The notes below the pieces were generated by a model, which saw only the letters and a program-made list of their open reading frames with translations, was not told where the DNA came from and made no database searches. Positions 27,645-37,112 of a stretch of 64,000 nucleotides of DNA are shown here, one piece after another (the stretch's first letter is position 1; each line of letters opens with the position of its first letter). The position numbers and the translations under genes were made by a program. Source of the DNA: Candidatus Sericytochromatia bacterium (GTDB lineage Bacteria > Cyanobacteriota > Sericytochromatia > S15B-MN24 > UBA4093); NCBI GenBank assembly GCA_036676985.1, contig JAKFBU010000014.1, positions 1 to 64,000 on the forward strand. Reading direction: 5' to 3'.

Positions 27645-28250
27645 ATGGCGAAGGTCGCTTGCGTCAAGGACTACTTGGAGTACGCGCGAATGATCGCCGC
27701 GCTCGTCCGCGAGGAGGGGCACGAGGCCCTCGCCATGGCGCCCCCGGTCGACTTCGATCGACTGCTCGACTTCGGGCCGCAGGTCCTCGTGATCGGGCTG
27801 TTCCGGCAGCGATGTGCCTTCAACCGTCCCATTCAGGACCTCCCAAAAGACGTGCTCGGCCTCGTGACGCTCCGGGAGCTAGAGGCTTACCCGGCGATCC
27901 GGACCCTGCCGCTCATCGTCCTGGGCAACGGCATCGAGGAGCACGAGGTCCCGACGACCATGAACTACGACCTGTACCTGTTCTTCCCCGACGACATGCA
28001 CCTCTTCCTGCCCAAGCTGGACGAGGTGGCCGCCAAGGTCAAGAGCCGCCGGACCATCAGCCCCCACGTGTGTCCCGCCTGCGGGAGCCGCCTGACCTTC
28101 ACGGGCAACCAAGATCAGGACCTGTTCTGTCCGCGCTGCGGCGTGGCCGTGGCCATCATCAACCGCGAGCGGTGCATCGCGCGGAACGCGGACGGCCTCG
28201 ATATCCCATGTTCGCTCGATCGGATCACGCCGCCGGGGCGGCGCCGCTAG
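27645..28250 (+). CDS. Receiver-like domain protein with C-terminal zinc ribbon
   Basis: CheY-like spacing without the phospho-Asp; CPACG...CPRCG. Confidence 0.5.
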   Translation: MAKVACVKDYLEYARMIAALVREEGHEALAMAPPVDFDRLLDFGPQVLVIGLFRQRCAFNRPIQDLPKDVLGLVTLRELEAYPAIRTLPLIVLGNGIEEHEVPTTMNYDLYLFFPDDMHLFLPKLDEVAAKVKSRRTISPHVCPACGSRLTFTGNQDQDLFCPRCGVAVAIINRERCIARNADGLDIPCSLDRITPPGRRR

Positions 28251-29140
28251 CCTGCCAGCGACGCCGAGGAAGCCTGCCTGGTCTGCCACAGCGAGGCGAG
28301 CCGACGCAGGGCGATCGCCGCGAGGGCGATCGCGCCGCATACCACCGTCTGGCTAGCTCCCACCGGGAACTCGCCGAAGAAGGCCAGCAGGTATCCCCCG
28401 GCCCCGCCGACGACGCCGAACAGCACCGCGAGGACCATGGCCCCGAAGGGGCTGCGGGCGACCGTCACGGCCGCCAACGCCGGCAGCACGCTGAAGGCGA
28501 AGACGGGCAAGGCTCCGAGCGCCCGGGTGCAGATCGAGACCATGAGGGCGATCGCACCCAGCAGCACCACGTTCAGCAGGGTCACGGGCAGGCCCCGGAC
28601 GCGCGCGCCATCGGGGTCGAAGCTCGCGAACAGGAAGCCGCGCCGCCACCAGAAGACGAGCAGGACGATCACGCCGCCCAACGCCAGGACCGAGACCGTG
28701 TCCGACGGTCGGACCAGCACCCCGGTGCCGAACAGGATGGCCTGGATGTCGTGCGCCTCCTGGGTGATGCGGGTCCCGATCATGAGGGTGCCCGCCGCGC
28801 CGAGCAGGTAGGCCATGCCGAGCAGACCCTCGCGGGTCAGGCGTCCGGCCGGCTTCTGGTAAAGCCAGCCGGCGGCGAAGAGGGTCATGACGAGCGCGCC
28901 GAGCCGTGGGTCGGCGAGCGTGGCCCCCATGCCCAGGTGGATCTGGGCGAAGAAGGCGAGCGCCACCCCGAAGCCCGCGGCCTGCGAGAGCGCCGCCGAG
29001 ATGAAGACCATGCGCCGCAGCACGATGAAGATGCCCAGGAGTCCGAGCGCTGCGCCCGCGCCCGCGCCGGTGAGGATGGGATCCCGGAACAGCTCCCAGC
29101 CCGCGATGAGATCCTGCAGGGACGGTGCGAAACTAGCCAT
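28247..29140 (-). CDS. Zn/Mn ABC transporter permease (ZnuB-like)
   Basis: LGIFIVLRRMVF, ILFG, SFDPDGARVRG. Confidence 0.9.
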   Translation of the reverse strand: MASFAPSLQDLIAGWELFRDPILTGAGAGAALGLLGIFIVLRRMVFISAALSQAAGFGVALAFFAQIHLGMGATLADPRLGALVMTLFAAGWLYQKPAGRLTREGLLGMAYLLGAAGTLMIGTRITQEAHDIQAILFGTGVLVRPSDTVSVLALGGVIVLLVFWWRRGFLFASFDPDGARVRGLPVTLLNVVLLGAIALMVSICTRALGALPVFAFSVLPALAAVTVARSPFGAMVLAVLFGVVGGAGGYLLAFFGEFPVGASQTVVCGAIALAAIALRRLASLWQTRQASSASLAG

Positions 29141-29912
29141 TGGACACCTCGTCAATCGGCGGGAAGGAGGGATCCTGGCTCGACAGCTCTCCGGTCAGGC
29201 CGGAGAACTGGCGGCGGAAGGTGGGATGGGCCACCACCTCCCGCACCGAGCCCATGGCAACCGTCGTGTGCTCGGCATCCACGAAGAGCACCCGGTCGGC
29301 CGCCTTGACGGCCGCCGGCAAGTGGTGGCTGACGATGAGGACCGCCGTGTCGAGCTTGCGCCGCAACTGGTCGATCTGCTCGATGGCCTCTCGCTCCGCG
29401 GGCAGATCCATGGCGGAGGTCGGCTCGTCCAGGAGCATGAGGCGCGGCGACGAGGCCAGGGCGCGGGCGATCAGCACCCGCTGTTTCTGCCCCTCGGACA
29501 GCTCCACGAAGGAGCGCTTGGCCAGGTGCGCGGTTTCCGTCAGCTCCAGGGCCTCCTGGATCTGTCGGCGCTGGGCGCGGCCGAGCCATGGCCTCAGGAA
29601 GGACTTGCCGCCCTCGACTCCTTCGGCCACGATGTCGAGCACCCGCATCGGGACGATCGGGTCGAGTGCCTGCTTCTGAGGCAGGTAGGTGATGCTCGCG
29701 CCAGGTTCCCGCAAGACCCGACCGCCCACCGGCGCTATGAGTCCGAGCAGCGTCTTGAGCAGGGTCGACTTGCCGGACCCGTTGCGCCCGGCGAGCACCC
29801 ACAGCTCGCCCGGGCGGATCCGGATGTCCAGGGGCGGGAGGATGGCCCTCCCCTTGTAGCCCACCTGCAGCCTTTCGGTGGCCAGGACGGACTGATCGGA
29901 CTGCATGGCCAT
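29133..29912 (-). CDS. Zn/Mn ABC transporter ATP-binding protein (ZnuC-like)
   Basis: GRNGSGKST, LSEGQKQRV, LLDEPT. Confidence 0.9.
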   Translation of the reverse strand: MAMQSDQSVLATERLQVGYKGRAILPPLDIRIRPGELWVLAGRNGSGKSTLLKTLLGLIAPVGGRVLREPGASITYLPQKQALDPIVPMRVLDIVAEGVEGGKSFLRPWLGRAQRRQIQEALELTETAHLAKRSFVELSEGQKQRVLIARALASSPRLMLLDEPTSAMDLPAEREAIEQIDQLRRKLDTAVLIVSHHLPAAVKAADRVLFVDAEHTTVAMGSVREVVAHPTFRRQFSGLTGELSSQDPSFPPIDEVSNG

Positions 29913-29914
29913 CT

Positions 29915-30448
29915 TTACTCCTTGTGCTCCGCTTCCTCGACCACCAGGCTCACGGAGGCAAGACCGCTCGGGCCGAAGTGCAGGTAGTAGCCGCCGACGC
30001 CGAGCTCCACCACGTGCCGCCCCTTGACGATGTCGCACTTGGCCGAACCGGTCGCGCTGGCTTCGATCTCGACGGTCTGGCCCTCGGCGTTCTTCACCTG
30101 GAACGGGACGTCCTGGTTCAGGAAGAAGAGGTAGTCCGTCGCCTCGGAACTGTTGAACATCACCTTGCCGACGCGCTGGCTGTCGCTGGCCACCAGCGAG
30201 ATGTCGTACCGGGTGTGGGACTCGTTGACGGTCGGGACGCTCTCGGTGGCTTCCAGGCTGGCGGCCGTGACCGCCTTGAACTGGCCCCCTTCTCCGAGGT
30301 GTTCGCAGCCCTCGACATCGGGGTCCTCCTGGGCGACGGCCGCCGGAGTGGGGCTCGGCGTGACGGCCGGACCCGCCTTCAGGTCGCAGCCGATGAGGGC
30401 AGTGGCGAGGGCGCCTGCGAGGAACGCGGCTGGCAGGATGAAACGCAT
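29915..30448 (-). CDS. Hypothetical lipoprotein in metal-uptake operon
   Basis: Lipobox LIGC; EGCEH motif. Confidence 0.65.
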   Translation of the reverse strand: MRFILPAAFLAGALATALIGCDLKAGPAVTPSPTPAAVAQEDPDVEGCEHLGEGGQFKAVTAASLEATESVPTVNESHTRYDISLVASDSQRVGKVMFNSSEATDYLFFLNQDVPFQVKNAEGQTVEIEASATGSAKCDIVKGRHVVELGVGGYYLHFGPSGLASVSLVVEEAEHKE

Positions 30449-30462
30449 GGGATGAGGTCCTT

Positions 30463-31293
30463 TCATTGGTTGGTCGTAACCGAGAAGCGGCTTTGCAGCA
30501 CGTTCTCGAGCAGTTGCGTGCGAACGCTGTCAGATGCGTTCAACGCGATCCGTCCGGGGGCGACAGCGAGGGTTTTCCAGTCGATCTGGTCCCAGAGACG
30601 CTCGGTCAGGGCGAACTGAGCGGCGACGTCCACCGTCTCCCCTTCCCGACGGCCGATGGTGACGGCGACCTTTTGGCTGAAGGTCGAGGGCGTGATCGTG
30701 AGGGCCCACTCGCGCACCTGCCCGCCGAGCCGCTGGCTGGTGGTCGGATCCACCACCGTCCCGGTCGCCTGCAAGGTCGAGAGTGCCAGCACGGCCCGCG
30801 ACCATTGGCCCCGCTCCAAGGCGTCGGCGCCGGCGGGCTTTTGCAACGAGACGCTCGCCGTACCGGTCAGCAAGGACAGGCCCTGGTCGGACGTGAGCGA
30901 CAGCACCGTCCGCGTCGTGCGCGTCCCCCCGGACAGCTCCGCCTGGACGTCCTCGTAGGGCACGAGCGCGCCGTCTTCCCGGTCGCAGTGCCCGTTGTGG
31001 CAGATAAGGTAGCCGGGTGGGGGCTTCGAGGGGTCGAAGGTTTCGCCACTGCCGCCCGTAGTGCCGGACGTCTCCTCGAAGGAGAGTCGCCCGGCCTTCA
31101 AGGAGAGGGAATCGATCGTGATCCGGTAGTCCCCGTCGGTCTTGAGACGTCCCTCGGCATCGAGGCGCGCGGCGGGCGGAGCGAAGGCCGCCGTGAAATC
31201 CGCCTGGCGCAACTTGCCGAAGGACGTTCCCGGCTGAAAGGTACAGCCGACGAGGCAAGTGGTCAAAAGTAGCAGGCGCAGGTTCGCGGTCAT
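30463..31293 (-). CDS. Hypothetical lipoprotein with CHNGHC motif
   Basis: Lipobox LVGC; PPPGYLICHNGHCD. Confidence 0.65.
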   Translation of the reverse strand: MTANLRLLLLTTCLVGCTFQPGTSFGKLRQADFTAAFAPPAARLDAEGRLKTDGDYRITIDSLSLKAGRLSFEETSGTTGGSGETFDPSKPPPGYLICHNGHCDREDGALVPYEDVQAELSGGTRTTRTVLSLTSDQGLSLLTGTASVSLQKPAGADALERGQWSRAVLALSTLQATGTVVDPTTSQRLGGQVREWALTITPSTFSQKVAVTIGRREGETVDVAAQFALTERLWDQIDWKTLAVAPGRIALNASDSVRTQLLENVLQSRFSVTTNQ

Positions 31294-32219
31294 GGGGTGG
31301 CATCCTTGGCGACGGCCTCGTAGACCTTGTCGGTCATGCGCTCCACGTAGCCCAGGTAGGTCTCCCCCCGCTCGAACGCCGCGCCGCCAGGAAGCTGGGC
31401 GAGGGTCGCCTTGGCCTTTTCGGCCAGCAGCTTGCCAATCCGGCTCGGGTAGTACTCCTCCTGCAGGATGACGTCCGCATGCACCTTGCGCATATGGCCG
31501 AGCAGCCACGCGACATGGCCCGGATCCGGCGAGATGCCCGGCTTGGGTTCGATGGTGCCGATTTCCATCAGGCCGAGCCAGTCCAGCAGGTAGGGAAGGG
31601 AGCGGTGATAGGTCACGACGTGCCGTTCGACCACCGGGAGATCGACAAAGCGCTTCGTCTCCCGGGTGGCCAGGGAGTCACAGGCCTTCGCGAGCGCGCT
31701 GGCCCGGCGGCGATACTCGGCGGAGTTCGCCGGGTCCAGGCTCGCGAGCCGATCCGCGATCCCGCGGGCGACCCGGCCGCCGTTGCGCGGATCGGTCAAG
31801 TAGTGGGGGTTGCCGCCCGGATGGATGTCCCCCATGCTGCGGTCGATCTTCTGTCGGGGGAGCTCCTTGAGCGGCACGAGCGTAGAGGAATCGAGGTAGC
31901 CGGGCGCGCCCGGCTGGATGGCGGCGTTGCGCGAGCCGGACAGCAGCACAGGCAGCCAGCCCGACTCCAGCTCGAGGCCATTGGCGACGAGTAGGTTGGC
32001 GCGGTTCAGCGAGAGGACCAGGTGGGGCCTGGCGTCCACGAAGTGCGGATCCTGGGTCGGGTAGGCGAGGGAAGTGACCTCCGCGTCCTTACCGCCCACC
32101 TCGCGGGCGATCGCCGCCAGCGTGGGCAGGGTGGCGACGATCTTGACCTTGGCCTCGGCCGCAAGGGGCCAGAGCATCAACACGCCCCCGAGGAGGGCGC
32201 CTAACAAACGATGGTGCAT
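31290..32219 (-). CDS. Metal ABC transporter substrate-binding protein (ZnuA/TroA-like)
   Basis: QDPHFV, GNPHYLTDP, TYHRSL, EPKPG. Confidence 0.9.
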   Translation of the reverse strand: MHHRLLGALLGGVLMLWPLAAEAKVKIVATLPTLAAIAREVGGKDAEVTSLAYPTQDPHFVDARPHLVLSLNRANLLVANGLELESGWLPVLLSGSRNAAIQPGAPGYLDSSTLVPLKELPRQKIDRSMGDIHPGGNPHYLTDPRNGGRVARGIADRLASLDPANSAEYRRRASALAKACDSLATRETKRFVDLPVVERHVVTYHRSLPYLLDWLGLMEIGTIEPKPGISPDPGHVAWLLGHMRKVHADVILQEEYYPSRIGKLLAEKAKATLAQLPGGAAFERGETYLGYVERMTDKVYEAVAKDATP

Positions 32220-32228
32220 GGATGGCTC

Positions 32229-33434
32229 CTAGAACTTGTGGGCGCCGTGCGCCCCGACGGCCACCTCGAAAGCGAGGAAGCCCGCGTAGATCGGTTGCGG
32301 CTGCCAGGCCGGGTAGTCCGCGCTACCCTGCAGGCGAAGCCGGGAGAACTCGGAAAGCGAGTAGGTGACGGCCGTGGTGACGCGTTGACGGGTGCCGGTC
32401 CACTCGGGGTCCAGGTAGTCGTTCGCGGTGCCCGTGACGGCCTCGTAGCGCGCCGCAGCCCGCCAGTTGGGGTCGAAGGTCCAGGAAAAGCTGGCGTAGC
32501 CGCCCTGGTCCGTCAGGACATTGCCTGGGACCTGACGCCGCCGGGCGATGGCCTCGGTGGTGAAGGCGGCGATGGGATAGCCGTCTCCCGCGATGGGGCG
32601 GTACTTGAGGTAAAGGTCGGTGCCGTAGATCTCGGAGCGGTTCGATCGTCCGGTCGGGTTGGGGCCAAAGGCTCCCGAGATCCCCCAGCTGAGGGACCAT
32701 TCGGGCGAGAACGGGAAGAATTGCTTTACGGCTCCAGTCAGTTGCAGGTCGTTCGGCCCGAGCACCCCCAGGTCGGTCGCCCCGTAGAAGCTGCGGGCCG
32801 TTCCCGCTCCGCCGGCCTCGGTCGCCGAGCCCACGACTTCGAGATACCAGGGCAAGGGGGAGAGCCAAGAGAGCTCCGTACCGAGCGCAAAGTTTCCTTC
32901 GGGGCCGAAGAACTTGCCGATGGCGAGGGCCTGGTCGATGAAGTCCCAGGAGTGGGGATGCGTCGAGTTGATCCGCCCGAACCGGGTCAGGAACTGGCCG
33001 CCGCGGGCCTGCAAGTTGGCCGGCAACGCGGTGGTCGTGGCGTAGATCTCCTCGATTTCGACGCCGAACGGCGTGAACACGAGGTTGCCGTCGAGGCGCG
33101 AGAACGGGTCGACCACCGCGCCGAGGCTGAGCTCAAGCTGCTGGAAGTTGAAACCGTTCCGGTTGGGGTCGTGAGCGCCGAGCTGGAGCGGCTTTTCCGC
33201 GCTGAAGGCCGCGAGGTTGGAATCCAGGATGAACGACAGGTCCGGGTTGAAGCTCTGGGCGACCGGCGGGGCCGGAGCGGCGGCCGGCTGATCGGCGTCA
33301 AGGGCCCGCTCGATGTCTTCGAGATCCTGATCGGGCGCTGGTGCCTGGTCCTGAGCCAGGACAGGGGTGGATACAAGGCCGGGCAAAAGGGCGATCGCCA
33401 GGATCGCCGCCATGCGGGCGGTAAGGGGTTTCAT
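32229..33434 (-). CDS. Outer-membrane beta-barrel protein associated with metal uptake
   Basis: Signal peptide, NPDLSFILD, FGRINSTHPHSW, C-terminal GAHGAHKF. Confidence 0.7.
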   Translation of the reverse strand: MKPLTARMAAILAIALLPGLVSTPVLAQDQAPAPDQDLEDIERALDADQPAAAPAPPVAQSFNPDLSFILDSNLAAFSAEKPLQLGAHDPNRNGFNFQQLELSLGAVVDPFSRLDGNLVFTPFGVEIEEIYATTTALPANLQARGGQFLTRFGRINSTHPHSWDFIDQALAIGKFFGPEGNFALGTELSWLSPLPWYLEVVGSATEAGGAGTARSFYGATDLGVLGPNDLQLTGAVKQFFPFSPEWSLSWGISGAFGPNPTGRSNRSEIYGTDLYLKYRPIAGDGYPIAAFTTEAIARRRQVPGNVLTDQGGYASFSWTFDPNWRAAARYEAVTGTANDYLDPEWTGTRQRVTTAVTYSLSEFSRLRLQGSADYPAWQPQPIYAGFLAFEVAVGAHGAHKF

Positions 33435-33496
33435 GGGGTGTCCTCTCTGGCCGAGCAGGACGAAGCGTCCTGTCCCGGATACGACGAAACGTCAGT

Positions 33497-33865
33497 CTAG
33501 GAGAGGACGGCAGGCGGTGCGCGGTTGCGGAGGAAGGGCAGCGCGATCGCCGGAGGGGCGCGCGGCTGAAGAGTGGGGAGCTCGAGCCCCGCGATCACGC
33601 CCACGTCGGCAGGCGGAACCTCGCCCGGGGCGATCGGATTGTGGGCCTTCCAGACGCAGATTGCACAGGTCTCCTCGGCATGGGCGGCCACCATGACGGT
33701 ATCGGCCTGTACGGCCTGGATGGCCGGCGCCTGGGAGCGGTCGGAGGCATGCACGTGCGCATGGCCGGACAGGCCCAGGAAGCACGCCACGACCAAGAGC
33801 AGCGCCCAGCGGAAGGTGCGCTGCCGGAAATGGTTCAGTTGGTGGGCGAGGGCGTGGACCGGCAT
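33497..33865 (-). CDS. DUF2946-like leader protein (TM, His, CxxC, C-terminal RAPP motifs)
   Basis: HAHVH, CAIC, PRAPP and NRAPP near the C-terminus; first gene of a metal-uptake operon. Confidence 0.7.
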   Translation of the reverse strand: MPVHALAHQLNHFRQRTFRWALLLVVACFLGLSGHAHVHASDRSQAPAIQAVQADTVMVAAHAEETCAICVWKAHNPIAPGEVPPADVGVIAGLELPTLQPRAPPAIALPFLRNRAPPAVLS

Positions 33866-33874
33866 AGGTGTTTC

Positions 33875-33914
33875 ACAGTAAGAGACGGCGGCCAGGTTGT
33901 CAATGCTGTAACAT
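33875..33914 (-). promoter_or_regulatory. Promoter giving a near-leaderless transcript of the DUF2946-like gene
   Basis: TTGACA-17-TACTGT, 9 nt before the ATG; imperfect palindrome ATGTT-AC-AGCAT abutting the -35. Confidence 0.55.
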
Positions 33915-33954
33915 CGCGGCCCCTCCGGCCATTGAGCGGCTCGGGGTGGTCCGA

Positions 33955-34188
33955 TCAGGCTCGGGAACGCGAAAGCACCAGGCTGTCCCGGGAGATGCGG
34001 GTAGCGCTCGCGCGATTGGGCAGGAAGCGCAACCGGACGACGCCCGGGCGGATCTCCTGCTCCTCGCGGATGAGCGTCGTGCACTTCATCTGCTGGGCCC
34101 AGGCGAAGAGCTCGCGGGTGGCGCGGTCGAGCTGCTCGTCGTGCTTGGGGTTGGTGTGGTCGATGACGACCTCGAAGACGGGTTTCAC
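33955..34188 (-). CDS. Small hypothetical protein
   Basis: GTGA overlap with the upstream ORF; host-like codon usage. Confidence 0.5.
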   Translation of the reverse strand: MKPVFEVVIDHTNPKHDEQLDRATRELFAWAQQMKCTTLIREEQEIRPGVVRLRFLPNRASATRISRDSLVLSRSRA

Positions 34189-34421
34189 GCCTGGGCCTGC
34201 TTCTTGAACTCGGCCTGGGCGGCGGCGATCTCGGCGGGGCTGAGGCCGCTCGGGTTCACTTGGCAGTTGCAGCCCATGACGGCCTGGTTGGCCTGCAGGT
34301 TGCCCATGCCCATGGCGGACAGGTCGATCTCGGTGCGGGTCACGGCTCCGCCGCCGCCCAGGGACGGGTTGGTGGCGAGCAAGGCCCGGATGTTCTGCAT
34401 GATGGGGTTGATGCCGGCCAT
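34185..34421 (-). CDS. Small hypothetical protein
   Basis: SD AAGGAG; host-like codon usage. Confidence 0.55.
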   Translation of the reverse strand: MAGINPIMQNIRALLATNPSLGGGGAVTRTEIDLSAMGMGNLQANQAVMGCNCQVNPSGLSPAEIAAAQAEFKKQAQA

Positions 34422-34567
34422 GGAGGGCTCCTTTCGCGGAAACGTAACTCCTTCCCTATCGCTCGGCGCCGGGTGAGACCTTCTTAAGGTGACATGGTGG
34501 ATACGTTAAAATTCTCCTATGGTCAGGGCGGAGTTACCCTGCCACCCTCCCCGCGAAAGGACGCCCC

Positions 34568-35431
34568 ATGCCGAAGACCCTGTTTTTTGACTGCTTTGCC
34601 GGCGCGGCCGGCGACATGCTGATTGGCTCTTTGCTCGACGCCGGCCTGGATGCCGACTGCTGGCAGGCCGAGCTCGCGAAAATCGCCCTGCCCGCCGGGA
34701 GCTACGCCCATACCATCCGCAAGGTCGACAAGAACGGCATCGCGGCGACCAAGTTCACGGTCTTCGTGGACGGTCGCGAGGCGGACGTCTGGCCGGAGGA
34801 GGAGCACCCGCACCTGCACGCGCCCGGGGAGATCCATGGGCACCACGAGCACGACCACCACCGCCACCATGGTCACGCGCACGAGCACGAGGCCCACGAC
34901 CATCCGCACGAGCACCGGGGACTGCCCGAGATCGAGGCGATCCTGGACAGCTCGGCGATCGCCCCCGAGGCCCGGGACCTCGCCAAGCGCATCTTCCGCA
35001 ACCTGGCGGTGGCGGAGGGCAAGGTCCACGGCGTGCCGCCCGAGGCGGTCCACTTTCACGAGGTCGGGGCCGTGGATGCCATCGTGGACGTGACGGGGGT
35101 CGCGATCGCCCTGACCATGCTGGCGCCCGAGCGGGTGGTGGTCTCGCCCATGGTCGTGGGCTCGGGCACTGTTCGCTGCGCGCACGGCGTCATGCCCGTA
35201 CCGGTGCCCGCGGTGGTGGAGCTCCTGAAGGCGGCCCGGGCCCCCATGCGGCCGAGCCACCTGAAGGGCGAGTGTCTGACGCCGACAGGAGCGGCCATCC
35301 TGACGACGGTGGCCTCGGAGTACGCGCCGTCGGTGGCCTTCCAGGTCATCGAGGCCTCTGGCTACGGGGCCGGGACGCGCAACCAGCCGGACGTGCCCAA
35401 CGTCGTGCGGGCGCTGATCGGCGAGGCCTAG
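34568..35431 (+). CDS. larC: LarC family nickel insertion protein (N-terminal part only)
   Basis: DCFAGAAGDM, His-rich tract, VHFHEVGAVDAIVD, TPTGAAIL, GYGAG. Confidence 0.85.
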   Translation: MPKTLFFDCFAGAAGDMLIGSLLDAGLDADCWQAELAKIALPAGSYAHTIRKVDKNGIAATKFTVFVDGREADVWPEEEHPHLHAPGEIHGHHEHDHHRHHGHAHEHEAHDHPHEHRGLPEIEAILDSSAIAPEARDLAKRIFRNLAVAEGKVHGVPPEAVHFHEVGAVDAIVDVTGVAIALTMLAPERVVVSPMVVGSGTVRCAHGVMPVPVPAVVELLKAARAPMRPSHLKGECLTPTGAAILTTVASEYAPSVAFQVIEASGYGAGTRNQPDVPNVVRALIGEA

Positions 35432-35515
35432 CGTACCTCGCGTGGTCTAGAGTCGTTCGCCGGGATGACGGCCATTTCGGGTTCCGAGAGACCTTAAAGA
35501 GAAGTCCAATCAATA

Positions 35516-35542
35516 AGCCCCCGTCCATCGGACGGGGGCTTT
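35516..35542. terminator. Hairpin between convergent genes; core shared with 37390-37418
   Basis: GCCCCCGTCC-ATC-GGACGGGGGC. Confidence 0.7.
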
Positions 35543-35551
35543 CAAACGGAC

Positions 35552-36838
35552 CTACATGTAGTAGTTGAGGATGTCCCAGAGCTTCTGGAAGGGCTTGGTG
35601 TAGAGGACCGAGTCCTTGAACTCGTAGACCACCGACGAGTGCTGCCAGTCCTTCTCGAAGAGCCGCGTGTTGAGCTCCTTGAGCAGGCGCGGGTCGGTGA
35701 TGGCGACGCCCAGCTCCTGGTTGTCGATGAGCGCGCGGGTGTCCCCGTTGACCGAGCCGATGAACGACCAGCGGCCGTCCACCGAGTAGTACTTGGTGTG
35801 GACGTGGGCATGGTCGGGCACGCCGTTGAAGAGCTTCGCCTGGCCGCCGGCCTTGAGGAGCTGGTTCAGGGCGTTGGCATGCAGGTTCTTGAAGAGCGCG
35901 TTGTCGCTCTTGCCGGGCACGATGACGCGCACGGACACGCCGCGGCGGGCAGCCGCCAGGAGTCGATCCATCAGCCCATCGTCCCAGAGGTACTGGTTCT
36001 CGATGACGATCTCGCGCTGCGCGACCTCAATCGCCTGGTAGATCGCCTGCTTGGCCTCGAAACGGCCCTCGGGCGGGCTCGTAACCAGCGTCTGGGTGCG
36101 GACGGTGCCGTAGCTGACGTTGGGCTTGAGGCCCTCGTAGCTGAGCGGCTTGCCCTTGGCCATCTGCCAGTCGCGGTTGAACTCCGCGTGCAGCTGAGCC
36201 GCCTCTTCGCCCCGGAAGTCGATCAGGAGGTCGTGGGTGATGGTGTCGAACTCGGCCTTGAGGTTCACGCCGCCCGTGAGGCCGCGATCGCCGTCCGCGA
36301 GGTAGAGCTTGCGGTGCGTGATGTTGATGCCGCGGCGCTTGTCGTCCTGGCGGATGAAGCGCGGGGCCCACATGCGGAACTCGACGCCCGCCTCGGCCAT
36401 GTCCTTGCCGAGCTTGGCGCCGCCCGTGAACTTGCTGCCCACGTAGTCGGCGAGGAACTTGACCTCGACCCCGCGCTTGGCCGCATCGACGACCAAAGGC
36501 ACGATCTGCTGGCCCATGGAGTCGTTGCCGAAGTTGAAGACCTCGATGTAGAGGGTCTTCTTGGCACTCGTGATGACGTCCTTGATGGCCGCCAGGTTCT
36601 CCCGGGCGTCGATGTTGAGCTCGGCCGAGCTGTTGGTGATCCAGGGCTGGGGGGCTGCGAGCGCCCGGCGGGGGACCGTGAACTCCTCGGTGGGCTCGTC
36701 ATGCTGGCCGAGCTCCAGGGCTCCGAAGTCGTCACGCGTCTGGCCACCCAGAGGAGCCGTACCCGGCAAGCCGCAACCCACCAGGGTCAGCGTGGCGCCG
36801 AGCGCGACCGCGAGCCAAGGACGTCTGAGCATGTGCAC
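35552..36838 (-). CDS. Phospholipase D / cardiolipin synthase-like lipoprotein
   Basis: Lipobox LVGC; two HKD motifs (HRKLYLAD, HTKYYSVD). Confidence 0.9.
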   Translation of the reverse strand: MHMLRRPWLAVALGATLTLVGCGLPGTAPLGGQTRDDFGALELGQHDEPTEEFTVPRRALAAPQPWITNSSAELNIDARENLAAIKDVITSAKKTLYIEVFNFGNDSMGQQIVPLVVDAAKRGVEVKFLADYVGSKFTGGAKLGKDMAEAGVEFRMWAPRFIRQDDKRRGINITHRKLYLADGDRGLTGGVNLKAEFDTITHDLLIDFRGEEAAQLHAEFNRDWQMAKGKPLSYEGLKPNVSYGTVRTQTLVTSPPEGRFEAKQAIYQAIEVAQREIVIENQYLWDDGLMDRLLAAARRGVSVRVIVPGKSDNALFKNLHANALNQLLKAGGQAKLFNGVPDHAHVHTKYYSVDGRWSFIGSVNGDTRALIDNQELGVAITDPRLLKELNTRLFEKDWQHSSVVYEFKDSVLYTKPFQKLWDILNYYM

Positions 36839-37112
36839 CCTCCCTGATACGACACGGGAGCCTTCGCTCCCTGAGCTGTTAACCGAAGCTTAACCGGACC
36901 TTGGGAGGGAGTCAAAGGGTTAGCGGTGACTCACCGGGCGAAAAAGCGTTATTTATTGAGCTTTTAAAAATTCCCTAACAATTCCCTACCGGTTTCGGCA
37001 CGGTGATTAAGGCTGGGTAAAACTTGGCCTTTGGCGCGCAAGGCGGGGTGGGATGGCCCGGATAACCCTCTCGAGCCTCCCGGCAGGAGGCGGGGAGTTT
37101 GGAGGTGTTCCG

